NCBI RefSeq assembly: GCF_044704955.1
Contig: NC_091980.1
Span: forward strand, 25,358,001-25,422,000
DNA length: 64,000 bases
DNA from: Pristiophorus japonicus
Lineage: Eukaryota
Direction of reading: 5' to 3'
In this document: piece by piece, positions 63,006 to 64,000 of the stretch
Position numbering within the stretch: position 1 is the first letter of the stretch
Layout: each line of letters opens with the position of its first letter
Position numbers and translations under genes: made by a program
The notes under the pieces: model-generated
Seen by the model: only the letters and a program-made list of their open reading frames with translations
Told to the model about the DNA's origin: nothing
Database searches by the model: none

Positions 63006-64000
63006 AGGAACAAGCACATTTTTCAGGGTTTCATACAACTCAGGGCCTGATTAAGTCAGGAAAATAGCCCGTTTTCTTTCTAACTCCACCCGGTTACGGT
63101 TTTCATCATCGGGAATTTTGATGATACTATTCATGGTTAAAAAACATTTCTAGCCACTCAAAATATGCTCCTGAAGTCTCTTGGTCACGATGGAACTCAC
63201 TCAAGCACCCTATTATTCCCATAGGCGCGGCCATCTGGACTCTGCCAATGTCAACAGTGCGCTTGAAATGTACCTTGGATTTTTAGCTGTGCTGCAAAAC
63301 AAAGAACATCTCAAAGTCTCTTTGTTGGTTGGCTGGAACATCCAGCAACAAAAATTTCAGGTAGGGAATCCAGAAATCCCATCCTACATCGCAAATGTGA
63401 TATCTTCTATTTGACATCACAAATACACACATACACAAGATGGCTCTACAGAAACTTGTCAGGTGACCTTGTCACATGATGCTTTGATTGTATTTACATG
63501 TGTAGTTGCATTACTACAGTAGTCCACTAGGTGGAGCAGTAGTCCACTAGGTGGAGCTCTATTATGTGATAGTGTAAACAGCTGGTAGTGAATTGGAAGT
63601 ACATTTTACCTCTCACAAAGATGACTTACGATTGCACAGTCAAAGTTACCCATCCACATTCTCTCCCACACTAAAACCTCATACTTTGTCTACACAAACA
63701 CTGAAAACCTATCTCTTTGACCAAGCTTTCAGTCACCTCTCTTTTTCACTAATACTGACGTTAACTTCATTCTTCCTCAGTGAGGCATTGTTGTATTTCT
63801 TTCTTCAAGATGCTGTTATTGAAAGCATTTTCTGTTTTATTTTATGTCCGGTATCATTTATGAAAAAACATTCTGCAATTCAGATTTTCTACCTTCCGAT
63901 GTTGAACTGCTTCACTTACTTTGACAATTCTAGACAAGTAAAACAAATATTGGCTGCAGCCTTGTCCCTCTCCCCCACTTGCCTCTCGACAGCTGGTGAA

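Larger units (their letters stand above)
49690..63566 (-). mobile_element. Decayed Gypsy LTR retrotransposon hosting nested insertions
   Basis: Short LTRs at ~63396-63566 and ~49690-49818; degenerate Ser-type PBS at ~63375-63394; gag knuckle CIFCKITGHLVKAC; protease MEIDTGAS; integrase WWPGLDKDIE..HVDFAE. Confidence 0.85.

Noticed and set aside
63890-64000. Minus-strand GTAAGT/GTAGAA donors at the right edge (candidate upstream Ig exon)
   Set aside because: The phase-1 readings contain stops and the other frames show no Ig or leader features.

Overview
Vertebrate genomic DNA, most likely a cartilaginous fish (inferred from the CR1 LINEs with (TTCTTATG)n/(TTTCTATG)n tails, Deu-domain SINEs, and RTE, Tx1, Gypsy and Harbinger families). 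Most of the window is nested transposable elements, and nearly every ORF in the supplied track is TE-derived or an antisense shadow of one. On the minus strand I could splice by eye a phase-consistent gene that the ORF track only catches in fragments. It encodes a type I Ig-superfamily membrane receptor: V-set exon (46067-46408), C2-type exon with an F-strand WxC motif as in CD4/LAG-3/G6F-like proteins (45722-45991), TM exon (27215-27316), and three cytoplasmic exons each carrying one tyrosine motif (LYSN 23451-23549; AEYATV 2380-2457; IHYGSI 1266-1322). A tiny terminal exon may follow (1194-1207). The signal peptide and any further N-terminal domains lie beyond the right edge. The tail region has been duplicated within the gene (1-~2350 vs 19273-~21595). 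The second copy lost the AEYATV exon by microhomology deletion, and its IHYGSI exon has a dead splice donor. Other notable structures are a TSD-spaced triplet of identically truncated Tx1 3' ends, a ~13.9-kb Gypsy carrying a Harbinger, CR1s and the Tx1 array, and a Gypsy with an amplified 5' LTR. TE boundaries and family assignments were made by eye, without database searches.
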